The position numbers were made by a program, and so were the translations under genes. A DNA stretch of 64,000 bases from Eledone cirrhosa. Its lineage: Eukaryota. Within the stretch, counting starts at the first letter, position 1, and each line of letters opens with the position of its first letter. Below the pieces are notes generated by a model. That model saw nothing but the letters and a program-made list of their open reading frames with translations, was not told the DNA's origin and did no database searches. The DNA is taken from the NCBI GenBank assembly GCA_964016885.1, contig OZ024742.1, forward strand, positions 59,520,001 through 59,584,000, read 5' to 3'. Positions 28,041 through 40,145 of this stretch are shown piece by piece.

Positions 28041-28264
28041 TTGATTGACTTGTCATTTTATCAGTCATTTTATCAACTGTTGCTGTCGTTAACAAATTAA
28101 CGTACCTGCCAGTATCAAGGACCTGACCATTCAGTAAACAGGGATTCATCGATTGTGATAGTACAAATAGCTGGAATCAGTGATTATACATTCTGCTGAA
28201 TCTAAAGCTTAGTGTATTAATTCATGCATGCAAACAAACATATGTAGACACACACACAATCATA

Positions 28265-28339
<75 letters not shown>

Positions 28340-28747
28340 AGAAACACAGTAAACCGTGTGTCTAATATTACGAGGGTTGAAAGACCACATTTGTTTGAAA
28401 AATTTAACCATGAAGCAGACAGAATGATAAAATAAAATAAAATTATATTATACAAACCGCCTCAATAACAATTATATCTCTCGAACAGATATTATAAGCG
28501 CGCGACGTTATATCTATGTATCTATCTAAAAATACAGAGTAAGAAAGAGAGAGCAATGTCGTATTATATATATTATATATAATAAAGTACCAGTAATGTA
28601 CTGGGATAATTGCTGGCCTTGTGCCAAAAGTAGAAACAATTATACTTCTTTTTTATACAACTGTAAATAACATATTTATGTATGTATATATACGTATAAA
28701 GGAATGCTGTAATAAAATGTATAAATTAAACTGCCTCTTATTTATGA

Positions 28748-28782
<35 letters not shown>

Positions 28783-28784
28783 TG

Positions 28785-28835
28785 AGATTCTACAGGACTA
28801 GAACTGTTTCATTCTTTAGAAATCATCAGGAATCT
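28785..28835 (-). ncRNA. Solo type I hammerhead within (TA)n
   Basis: Minus strand: agattc-CTGATGA-tttctaaagaat-GAAAC-ag ttctagtc ct-GTA-gaatct; intact core, 6-bp stem I. Confidence 0.85.
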
Positions 28836-28899
28836 ATATATATATACACACACAGATAACGAAGTCAATGTACAGAATGGTTTTCATAATGCAGACAGC

Positions 28900-29510
28900 T
28901 AGTCATACAGAGACATATTATAAGGGCGCGACGTTATAGCTATGTATCTATCTAAAAAGACAGAATAAGAAAGAGGGAGGAATATCGTATAACAGGAAGT
29001 GTTGACATTTGAAAATTTAAAAAAAAGTAAAAGTGAATATTTAAATAATATCTTTAATCTTTTAACAAAATTCAGTAGACAAAAATACCCTCACTTTCTT
29101 ACTTGGAAAAAGTTACACCTATGGTGCAAATTTGGTGCCGTTTGGTTCAGCCGTTTGGCGAAAAGTTTGTTACATACATATGGCCGTCAGCTTTATTAGC
29201 ATAGATTATAATAACAGATTAAAGTTTAAGCAAAGAATCGCTGCTTTCACCCTTAACGGGATCTTCTGAAACTAAGAAAATCAATCTGTGAACTCAGAAG
29301 TAAATATTTAGAAAAACGTTGCAACCGAAGGAAAATAGGAAGACGGTACTTTGGTTCGTGAAGACGTTCCCTGGCAAAGAACGGAAAAAAGCGAAGATAA
29401 TACGGCGTTATGTGGAACAACGAGAACAAATACACGCAAAGACAAAACCGCGTTTATGGTATGAATGGAGACGTATTCTGTTTAGAAAACCGAATGATTC
29501 TCGGCGTCGG
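28900..29510 (-). mobile_element. Non-autonomous Helitron-like segments (5' terminus near 29205)
   Basis: Minus strand begins a-TCTATGCTAATAAAGCTGACGGCC; blocks 28980-29206 and 29210-29368 recur at 34015-34232 and 33855-34012. Confidence 0.6.
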
Positions 29511-29925
29511 TGTTAAGATTAATTATTTCTACTTTTGGCACAAGGCCAGCAATTACCCAGTACTTTATTTTATCGGAGTTAAGAATAATGTAAATAAATT
29601 AGTAGGACGAAAATGACAGGTTTTTAATATCATAAAAGTAATAATAATAAATATATCCATACACACATCTATATACGTACATACACGTGCATACCCGAAA
29701 ATACCCGCCATGCATGCATATACATACACGTACACATAAACATGCGCCATAACAAAGGAGATTAATAATCTTTAAAAGGTATCTATATTTGAAGTTCTCG
29801 TTAAATTTTAATTAGTTACCTACCTAGCTGTGTGTGCTTACACTCTTTACAAACTATCCCTTGTGATTGTTTCATGTTTATTTTATATATATATATATAT
29901 ATAAAATAAACATGAAACAATCACA

Positions 29926-30786
29926 GAAGGGATATATTCGATATGTCTCATATGAAATAATACAGCCAATTTTCCACGCAATACTTTTAGTTAGCACTCC
30001 CGAACGCATAATTGGGAATATAATCACTTATTTCCTAATGTTTGTTGAGTGAGTTGGAATTTGGCCGGAGTATCGCTAAAAAGCTTTCTCCGATATTGTA
30101 TTTATTTATTTACTCTTGGCGCAGCAGATTTGAAATTTTCCCGGTATAAGGTTAGAATATCTTTGTTTATTTTTTATATATGAATATTGATTGTTCCTTG
30201 TATCTCATTCTGTTATTTTGCCCGAGAAAATATCTGTGTGTGTCATCAAATGTTGTACACACATAGATATTTTTTCAATTTCCAATTGAGTTCTTAGCAC
30301 GTGGCCTGAATTCCTTTTAGAGTTCATTGTCATGCGAATGTATTGTTTTTTTGGCGGTAATTTACTTCCTCATTTTTGAATCAGTTTGAGCATTTCTTTA
30401 GAACTGCTGGACTGGCAACCTGACAGATACCTCAGGTACAGATGATGATTATCGCTAAATACTGATGTTTTGTTAGATTATCAATATTAGTATTATGGAG
30501 CACCCACTGATGAATTATAGGAGCCCACTTGAATATATATCTATTGATGGTATACAAGCTCCTACATAAATTAGTATAATTTAACCCAAATTGAAGGAAT
30601 CCTATAATGAAACGAGATCGTCCGTCTGGGAAGAGATATATTCGATATGTCTCATATGAAATAATACAGCTAATCTTCCACGCAATACTTTTAGTTAGCA
30701 CCCCGAACGCATAATTGGGAATATAATCACTTATTTCCTAATGTTTGTTGAGTGAGTTGGAATTTGGCCGGAGTATCGCTAAAAAG
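29926..30786 (+). mobile_element. Non-coding mini-PLE/retrozyme-like element with partial direct terminal repeats
   Basis: 29926-30083 is nearly identical to 30630-30786; HHR lies just upstream of the second repeat; (TA)n on both sides. Confidence 0.75.
30503..30630 (+). ncRNA. Type I hammerhead ribozyme with 95-nt stem-II domain
   Basis: ccca-CTGATGA-attatagga...tcctataat-GAAAC-g agatcgtc c-GTC-tggg; intact core. Confidence 0.85.
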
Positions 30787-30854
<68 letters not shown>

Positions 30855-31016
30855 GGTATCCACTGTAAGTTGTGGGGTCTATTCTGTATGAAGAACTCAA
30901 TGTAATCCATATGTTGAAAATGTTGTAGATTAAGATAAATCTCAGAAAACAATAAAACATTAAAAGGAAAACAGAGTCATGATATAAGTTAAAACAATGA
31001 AATAAAAATTCAAGTC

Positions 31017-31049
<33 letters not shown>

Positions 31050-32289
31050 TATATATATATATACATACATATATATATATATACATATATATATATACAT
31101 ATATATATATATACATATATATATATATTTATGGTTGTAAGTATATTTTATCTTATTACATTACAATAGGTTATAAGTATATAAATATCTATATAGATTA
31201 ATAGTTGTGCATGTATAAGTATTATAGAAATAGAAATAAAGCACAATTATTAGTTGTTTACATTTCTAATATGAGTTACGAAGGATGTTGCTTTTGCATT
31301 TTACATCAAAAACAGTTGGTTTAAGTTGTAAGAGAAGAACAATTTGTAGATTCGAATATTGAAAATGTTTTCAGAATATTGTTAATTTAGCAAAGTTATA
31401 TAGTTTATCATACATATTATATTATAATATCATGTTTATGTTTGCACGATTGAAAAGGGAAAGATAACTCCAATCTTGTTTTGTTAACCGTTAAATTTGA
31501 TGAATAATTTACTCAGAAAATATATAGAGAAAATTATATATTATTTTGTGTGAGATTAATTATTTTAGTCGAAAGATGTGTGAAAGTTTGAAGATCAAAA
31601 GGAGAGGAAAAACGTAATGTGCATTTCGAAGAGCTATCGTAAAGAGGATAAATTTTCAGAATGTCAATTAAAGATTATCAATCTACATCTAAAAAAAATA
31701 TATTTAGAGGGGTTTCATTAGGAAAATAATGTCAGAAGTAAAAAATATAAAAAAATATATATTAAAAAAATAAAAAAATTAATATCAAAAGGTGAAAATA
31801 CTAGAAATATTAAAAAGTTAAGAAGTAAAATCATTTAAAAAAATTTACATTTACATTTTTAAAGAAAACAGCATCATTTTGAAGGTGTATAAGATATAGT
31901 CAAGTGAAATAAATATCATGAATTAAAAATACTTCTGTGGTTTTTATAAAAAATAAGACTCCAGTTGCATTTTCGATTTCATCTTTTTTTCTTTATATAT
32001 ATATATATAATGCCAATCACTGCAAGCTTGAAACTGACATGCAAAAACATATATAAATGAATAAGGTAAGCCCATATCATAGTAGATTCAAATATCACAG
32101 AGAGACTGGCTTTCCTAGAGCTATTAGTCATATTTAAGATCGGCTTGTCCATCTTCCGGCTGTTTGGTAACAACCTCATTATTCCTATCTGTGTTTAACT
32201 GTAGAATTAATTTAATTTGATTATATATATATGTATATATATATAATAATCAAATTAAATTAATATATATATATATATATATATATATA

Positions 32290-32845
32290 CTAGCTGAGGT
32301 ACGCAGCTTCGCCAAGGTTAACAGATGATAAGAGAAGACCGACAGAAGAGAAGACCGACAGAAGAGAAAACGTCTGTATTGAATACATTGTCTTGTTTAC
32401 AGTGTGTGTGTATTGTGTGTGTGTGTGTGTGTTTGTGTGTGTTTGTGTTTATATATATATATATGTGTGTGAGTGTTCGTGTGTGTGTATGTATATATAT
32501 GTGTGTGTATATATATATGTGTGTGTGTGCCTGCGTGAGTGTACGTGCGTGTGCGTGTGCGTGTGTGTGTAAACCACCGTTGGAATCGGAGACATAGGCC
32601 GCGAAACATGATCATCACTGACAACGAACTCGCAGAGAGAATCCCTTATGGTTGATTCCCAACCTGCTAGAAATAGCAGTCAGGCTGGTTAGCATACGTG
32701 GTATCTGTTTCTTCTTCTTCTTTGGTGTTATAAAATTAGTATCAATAAACCTTCCTGGATACTCTTATCCCAATCCTGTACATACTTTCCGATTGTCACT
32801 TTTCATTTAACCAACAAACAGCTCTCCTTTATATTATGTATAGGT
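32290..32845 (-). mobile_element. Non-autonomous Helitron-like element
   Basis: CTAG 3' terminus at 32290 with decayed subterminal hairpin region (CTAGCTGAGGTACGCAGCTTCGCCAAGGT); Helitron-like 5' end CCTTTATATTATGTATAGGT near 32845. Confidence 0.55.
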
Positions 32846-33250
32846 TACTATATCTCTTTTATTTGTTCATTCAAAATATTTTTCAGCTAATTCTGTCATA
32901 CAATATACATCAGCAATCGTTATCTAATGTTTAAAACATATGAATAGCTGCATTATATGCACAATATCAATCAAAAACGATATGAGAATTGAATACCATA
33001 CTAAAGTGCCAGTAAGCTTGCTAAGAACCTGCAGATAGAAATGTTAATAAATACAACATTTGGCTTGGGTAAACTTTAAGATGTTCTTTCATTGTAGGTT
33101 TCTTTTCTCCTTCCCTCCTTCCTCTCCTCTTCCTTCTTTATTCCCCCCTCTCTCTCTCTCTATATATATATATACGGCTAGGTTTACCGGCATTTTATCT
33201 TTTCAGGAATCCCCCCTCCACTCTAGTGCAAAGATACCGTGTGTGTGTGT

Positions 33251-33284
<34 letters not shown>

Positions 33285-33460
33285 TGGGGTGGGGGGTAAT
33301 ATGCTCTGACGTTGGGTTTGAATAGGTTTCAGCAGCCAGTGCGTTAAAGAAAATTGATAGTTACAACAATAAAGGTTGAACAGAGAACACATTTTTTAAC
33401 AAATTTTACAATAATTTGTACAACGATAAACGAAATTCCAAGTAACAGAAAATACATAAA

Positions 33461-33644
33461 TTACATTGTTAGAGCATTAGAGTATACACTATTTTTTGTT
33501 CGGCCCTCGGGAGCAAAGATGAAGAGATTGTTTGGCGAGCTCACCCTAGGGCATCCTACATACAATTGACCATGGTTTTCCCAGATGAAGGCCAGCCACT
33601 TTTAGGGTTTGACCCTGAGCTTTGTTGATGGTAATCGCGAAGCT
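33461..33644 (-). pseudogene. Helitron RepHel Pif1-helicase C-terminus
   Basis: Manual translation: SFAITINKAQGQTLKVAGLHLGK /frameshift/ HGQLYVGCPRVSSPNNLFIFAPEGRTKNSVYSNAL*; helicase motifs V and VI. Confidence 0.88.
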
Positions 33645-33854
33645 TATTCTCTCTGTTGCTCTAGTAAAATATTTTCGTCTGGAAAATCTGATCTTGCGGC
33701 CAGGCTAGGACTTTTTGGGTGGCATATCGGCAGTAACAATGACGATAAGCAGTCTGTGCTTTCGTGAAATAAATACGTTTGTTTATATTTTGTTTTTGTG
33801 TATGCAAAAATATCTGTACACGAATATATAATTATATATATATATATATATTAA

Positions 33855-34232
33855 AATAACAGATTAAAGTTTAAGCAAAGAATCGCTGCTTTCACCCTTA
33901 ACGGGATCTTCTGAAACTAAAAAACCAATCTGTGAACGCAGAATTAAATATTTAGAAACACCTTGCAACCGAAAGAAAACAGGAAGATGATACTTTGGTT
34001 CGTGAAGACGTTAGGAATGTCGTATAACCGGAAGTGTTGACATTTGAAATTTTAAAGAAGTGAATATTTAAATAATGTCTTTAATCTTTTAACAAAATTC
34101 AGTAGACGAAAATACCTTCACTTTTTTACTTGGAAAAAGTTACATCTATGGTGAAAATTTAGTGCTGTTTGGTCCAGCCGTTTGGCGGAAAGTTTGTTAC
34201 CTACATACGGCCGTCAGCTTTATAGTATAGAT
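33855..34232 (-). mobile_element. Helitron 5' region
   Basis: Minus strand starts a-TCTATACTATAAAGCTGACGGCC, upstream of and on the same strand as the Pif1 fragment. Confidence 0.65.
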
Positions 34233-34334
34233 ATATATGATAAACTCTTCCTGAGAATGTGAACTGATGTTGAACTACCCACACAAAGTCTTGTTTTAAG
34301 TTGTGAAGGCTTGTGTAGGATCAACCACACTTTC

Positions 34335-34639
34335 TGGAACTGACGACACATATCGTTGGTGCAAATGATTGTCACGGAAAATACAACGACATCCTTCAGC
34401 TTTTTACGCCTTGGAGTTTAACCTCTCCGTATGAAAAGAAAATACCATATGGATGGCCGTTGACTCTGCCGAGTTCTCCGCTCTTTGTTGGGTCTTATAT
34501 TTCATCCCGCAGGCTGTCCAAATATCACCCTCCTCACCAAGCAAGCTTGGTGGGGTTGCCGGTTTAGTCACCGACGACCGGATCATGTGGCAGGTTGTAC
34601 TGGGTTACATGTCACCAGTAGCACTCAAGCGCTACCTGA

Positions 34640-34692
<53 letters not shown>

Positions 34693-34960
34693 CCAATAAT
34701 TTTAACTGACAACACCTATCGTCGGTGCAAATTATTGTCATGGAAAATCAACGACAGCCCTCAGCTTTTTATGCCTCGGAGTTTAACCTCTCCGAATGAA
34801 AAAAAACTATTTGTATGGCCGTTGACTCTGCCGAGTTCCTCCGCCCTTTGTCAGATTTATTAGTCATATTTAGCGTCGACTTGTCAATCTTCTGGCGCTT
34901 TGGTTACAACCTTATTATTCCTGTGTGTTTAACTGTTGAACTAGTTGAATTTGATTATAT
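34335..34960. repeat. Locally duplicated unclassified repeat
   Basis: 34338-34488 resembles 34704-34850; 34858-34960 resembles 32123-32225. Confidence 0.6.
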
Positions 34961-35081
34961 TAACAAATAAATAATAAATATATTTACACACACACACACA
35001 CATACACACATACACACACACACATGCACACACACACACAGACACACACACACACATATATATATATAGATATATATATAT

Positions 35082-35120
<39 letters not shown>

Positions 35121-35152
35121 TACACGGGTGTGGATGATTGTGTATAGAAGAT

Positions 35153-35289
35153 TATATTAATAAGAGGAATTCCAACTTTGTCTGATTTACTCGTTTTATT
35201 TACAATCCTTTAAACTTTATAATGGTATTATAAATTTTAAAGGATTGTAAATAAAGCGAGTAAATCAGACAAAGTTGGAATTCCTCTTA

Positions 35290-35298
<9 letters not shown>
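35153..35298. repeat. Near-perfect palindrome (~70-bp arms) abutting (TA)n
   Basis: TATATTAATAAGAGGAATTCCAACTTTGTCTG...CAGACAAAGTTGGAATTCCTCTTATTAATATA, two mismatches. Confidence 0.92.
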
Positions 35299-35344
<46 letters not shown>

Positions 35345-35349
<5 letters not shown>

Positions 35350-37390
35350 AAAGATTATGTTGGAAATAGAACGGGAGATATGTTTAGGGGTCTGTTTTTC
35401 TTTTTTGATTCGTCAAAGTGACATTATTGAAAAGAGAGTGTTATTAAAAATATACTGTTATTAAGAAAAAGAGGGACAATTCTGTTTTGAAAAATTTTTT
35501 ATGAAGTATATAAAGTGTATGAAACAATTTCCGGTTTCGATGTATTAAAATCCATCTTGTCAAATTCAGTGAAAAAAGTTAATTAAAAAGAAAGTATAAA
35601 AAGAGGTTTAAAATTAAAATTAAAATCAAAAACGAATGTTTGAGCAAAATTTCTTTCATCATGCTTTCTGAAAAGTTGGCATGGAATGAGGCCAAGTTAT
35701 TTTGTTTAATCTAGTGGTCAATAGTTCAAAATGGGGTAGGGGGTTGTAGGAGCTGACTACTGTGGTAGGTTGGTATGTGTCCATACCCCCCCCCCACACA
35801 CACACACAAGAGTACACACATGTGAGTGTGCGTATATCTATGCATAAATATGTGTGCGTATATATGTGTGGGATTGTTGTGTGTGTGGTTTTACAGTTTG
35901 TCTGTTAAAGTTACTTTTGTAGAGGGGAATTAAGAAAAAGTTCTTTTCTCTCAGAAAATTGGCAAAAGTTAAGAGCTGAAATCCAAAGAGCTGAAATCGA
36001 AAGGAAAAACTATTTATTAATAAATTTAAACCAAAATTAAATATGTAATCACCCCCATTAGTTCCCTCCCCCACACATGCGCACTGAATTTTTTTCTAAT
36101 TTTTAAACTTTTGGATTCTGAGAACCCTTTGACTTTTGGCAATTTTCGGAATTTTGGGGAAAAAAATGTTACTTAATTCCCTCTGTATGTATATATTTAT
36201 CTATTTACTCATTCACTGTGTCACAATTTTGGAAAGATATTTTAGGATCTTTTTAAAATTTCTCTTTAAGAATGATTTTTTGGAGAGAGAGTTTCTTTAA
36301 GGCTCCTTTTGAAAGGTATGTTTTGAAATTTTTTGGAAGAGTTCTTTTAACTCTCTTAACTTCTTTAATTTTAAAATTTTGGGTTTCTGCGAATCCTTCG
36401 GGTTTCAGCTTTTACCTTTTGCCAATTTTCTGAATTTTGGAAAGAGAAGATTTTTTTCTTTGTTCCCCTCTACAAAAGTAACTTTAACAGACAAACTGTA
36501 AAAACATATACACACAATTTTCGGAATTTTGTAGGAAAAAATGTTACTTAATTCCCTTTGTGTATATATTTATTTATTTACTCATTCATTTTTATATATA
36601 CACGCACTGTGTCTCGCTTTTTGAAAAGATTTTTTAAGATCTTTTAAAAATTTCTTCTAAAGAATGATTATTTGGAGAGAAAGACTTCTTAAGGTATTTT
36701 TTGAAAGAGTTCTCTTGACTCTCTTAACTTCTCTAATTTTTAATTTAAAAATTTTTGGATTCTGGGAATCCTTTGGATTTCAGCTCTTAACTTTTGCCAA
36801 TTTTCTGAATTTTGGAGAGAAAAGAACTTTTTCTTATTTCCCCTCTACAAAAGTAACTTTAACAGACAAACTGTAAAAACGCACACGCATATATACGCAC
36901 ACATATTTATGCATACATATACGCACACACTCACATGTGTGTACTCTTGTGTGTGTGTTGGGGGGTATGTACACATCCCAACCTACCACAGTAGTCAGCT
37001 CCTACAACCCCCTACCCCATTTTGAACTATTGACCACTAGATTAAAGAAAACAATTTGGCCTCATTCCATGCCAACTTTTCAGAAAGCATGGTGGAAGAA
37101 ATTTTGCTCAAACATTCGTTTTTGATTTTAATTTTAATTTTAAACCTTTTTTTTTTACTCCCTTTTAAATTAACTTTTTTCACTGAATTTGACAAGATGG
37201 ATTTTAATACATCGAAACCGGTAGTTTTTTCATACACTTTATATACTTCACAAAAAAATTTTCACAAAAGAATTGTCCCTCTTTTTTTTAATAACACTCT
37301 CTTTTCAATAATGTCACTTTGACGAATCAAAAAAGAAAAACAGACCCTTAAACATATCTCCCGTGCTATTTCCAACTTCATCTTTTCTCT
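35345..37390. repeat. 2-kb inverted-repeat element (~630-bp arms) with internal ~375-bp tandem duplication
   Basis: 35345-35992 is the reverse complement of ~36773-37390; 36141 and 36516 start duplicated blocks; microsatellites on both sides. Confidence 0.85.
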
Positions 37391-37495
37391 ATACCCACTG
37401 TTTTGTATAGAAACTCACTTCCCTTTTCTAATATATATATATATATATATATCATCATCATTTAACGTCCATCTTCCACGATATATATATATATG

Positions 37496-37627
37496 ATCAT
37501 TTCTGAAGACAGCATATATATGTGAAAGTATGTATATTTCCTCTGATAGTTTGTAATATGTTTACATAGATCTATATGATATATATACCATCGCACATAT
37601 ATTTCCTAGAAACGATTGTAAAATGAT
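37496..37627 (+). ncRNA. Type I hammerhead ribozyme with ~100-nt stem-II domain
   Basis: atcattt-CTGAAGA-cagcatatatatgtg...cacatatatttccta-GAAAC-gatt-GTA-aaatgat; same family as 7489-7640. Confidence 0.8.
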
Positions 37628-37922
37628 GAATTTTTTAATATATGGAACTTGTTCTTTGTATTTATTCATTGTTTTTATTAATTTATATATAAATGTATGT
37701 ATATATATGTATATATATATACATACATATGTATAAACATATATATATGTATATATATACATATGTATATACATATATATATATGTATATATATAAATAC
37801 ATATGTATATACATATATATATATACATAGATATGTATATACATATATATATATACATACATATGTATATATATATATATGTATGTATATATATGTGTGT
37901 CTATGTTTGTGTATACACACAT

Positions 37923-37968
<46 letters not shown>

Positions 37969-38164
37969 TCTACTAGATCGCTCGGTATTTTGTACAACTT
38001 ATGTATACGTATATATATCTATAGATACACATGTACATGCACCCATGTGCACGCACTCCCATATATTTATATACATATACGTATATATTTACATAGATAA
38101 GGGAAAATTAGGCAGATAGGCATACCTTTCGTAGCTTGTATTCCCGTGTTGTTGTTTTTACCTT

Positions 38165-38212
<48 letters not shown>

Positions 38213-38232
38213 GTATATATATATATATATAA

Positions 38233-38265
<33 letters not shown>

Positions 38266-38324
38266 CGTATATATATATGTATATATATATATACGTATAT
38301 ATATATGTATATATATATATATAC

Positions 38325-38383
<59 letters not shown>

Positions 38384-38403
38384 CGTATCTATATATATAT
38401 ACG

Positions 38404-38434
<31 letters not shown>

Positions 38435-38448
38435 GTATATATATATAC

Positions 38449-38529
<81 letters not shown>

Positions 38530-38560
38530 TATATACGTATATATATATATATATATATAT

Positions 38561-40145
38561 AAAAGTAATATATATGAGTAATATATATGTTGAAACAGAT
38601 ACCAACATATCTGTATTTATATTGCAAAAGAAAGTTAGCCAGACTGAAGAATATTAATTATTATACCACAGTTCGTCCACATCGATTTAAAATAATAATA
38701 ATAATAAATCGACAAAAACTAGTTGTGCTGCCAAATGGCAATGATGTTTATACATATTTAAATTTCAAAGTCAAACCTGTTCAGTAGATAAGTTTAAACC
38801 TCAAAATCCAAACATGTTTCGAGATGGATATAAGTGTAGGAATATCATGCCACTGCTCTCCTCAGTAAACATCCAGAGACAATTGATAAGCTTCACTTCT
38901 AAATAATTTAAAAGACTGTGTGACGCACATGGGTTCACAGATTCAGGCTAGTCTCATAACCGTACTGCTAGAAATAACAGTCGTATATATGAGGCGAATT
39001 TTAGCTCGACGAAGAGCCGTTATATTAAGTGTAAGGAATTCTTTTACAATGGAATTAGCTCGAAAGGAAATATTCCTGAGCCGTGTATAAAAGTAATATA
39101 TATGAGTAATATATATGTTGAAACAGATACCAACATATCTGTATTTATATTGCAAAAGAAAGTTAGCCAGACTGAAGAATATTAATTATTATACCACAGT
39201 TCGTCCACTTCGATTAAAATAATAATAATAATAATAAATCGACAAAAACTAGTTGTGCTGCCAAATGGCAATGATGTTTATACATATTTAAATTTCAAAG
39301 TCAAACCTGTTCAGTAGATAAGTTTAAACCTCAAAATCCAAACATGTTTCGAGATGGATATAAGTGTAGGAATATCATGCCACTGCTCTCCTCAGTAAAC
39401 ATCCAGAGACAATTGATAAGCTTCACTTCTAAATAATTTAAAAGACTGTGTGACGCACATGGGTTCACAGATTCAGGCTAGTCTCATAACCGTACTGCTA
39501 GAAATAACAGTCGTATATATGAGGCGAATTTTAGCTCGACGAAGAGCCGTTATATTAAGTGTAAGGAATTCTTTTACAATGGAATTAGCTCGAAAGGAAA
39601 TATTCCTGAGCCGTGTATAAAAGTAATATATATGAGTAATATATATGTTGAAACAGATACCAACATATCTGTATTTATATTGCAAAAGAAAGTTAGCCAG
39701 ACTGAAGAATATTAATTATTATACCACAGTTCGTCCACTTTATTTAGAAGTGAAGCTTATCAATTGTCTCTGGATGTTTACTGAGGAGAGCAGTGGCATG
39801 ATATTCCTACACTTATATCCATCTCGAAACATGTTTGGATTTTGAGGTTTAAACTTATCTACTGAACAGGTTTGACTTTGAAATTTAAATATGTATAAAC
39901 ATCATTGCCATTTGGCAGCACAACTAGTTTTTGTCGATTTATTATTATTATTATTTTAAATCGATGTGGACGAACTGTGGTATAATAATTAATATTCTTC
40001 AGTCTGGCTAACTTTCTTTTGCAATATAAATACAGATATGTTGGTATCTGTTTCAACATATATATTACTCATATATATTACTTTTATACACGGCTCAGGA
40101 ATATTTCCTTTCGAGCTAATTCCATTGTAAAAGAATTCCTTACAC

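Noticed and set aside
31130-31990. Possible decayed RT/PLE coding remnant
   Set aside because: Only faint motif resemblance in very AT-rich sequence with many stops.
34338-34380. Hammerhead at CTGACGA-cac..gtg-CAAA
   Set aside because: Both local copies have CAAA instead of GAAA, and no convincing stems I/III.
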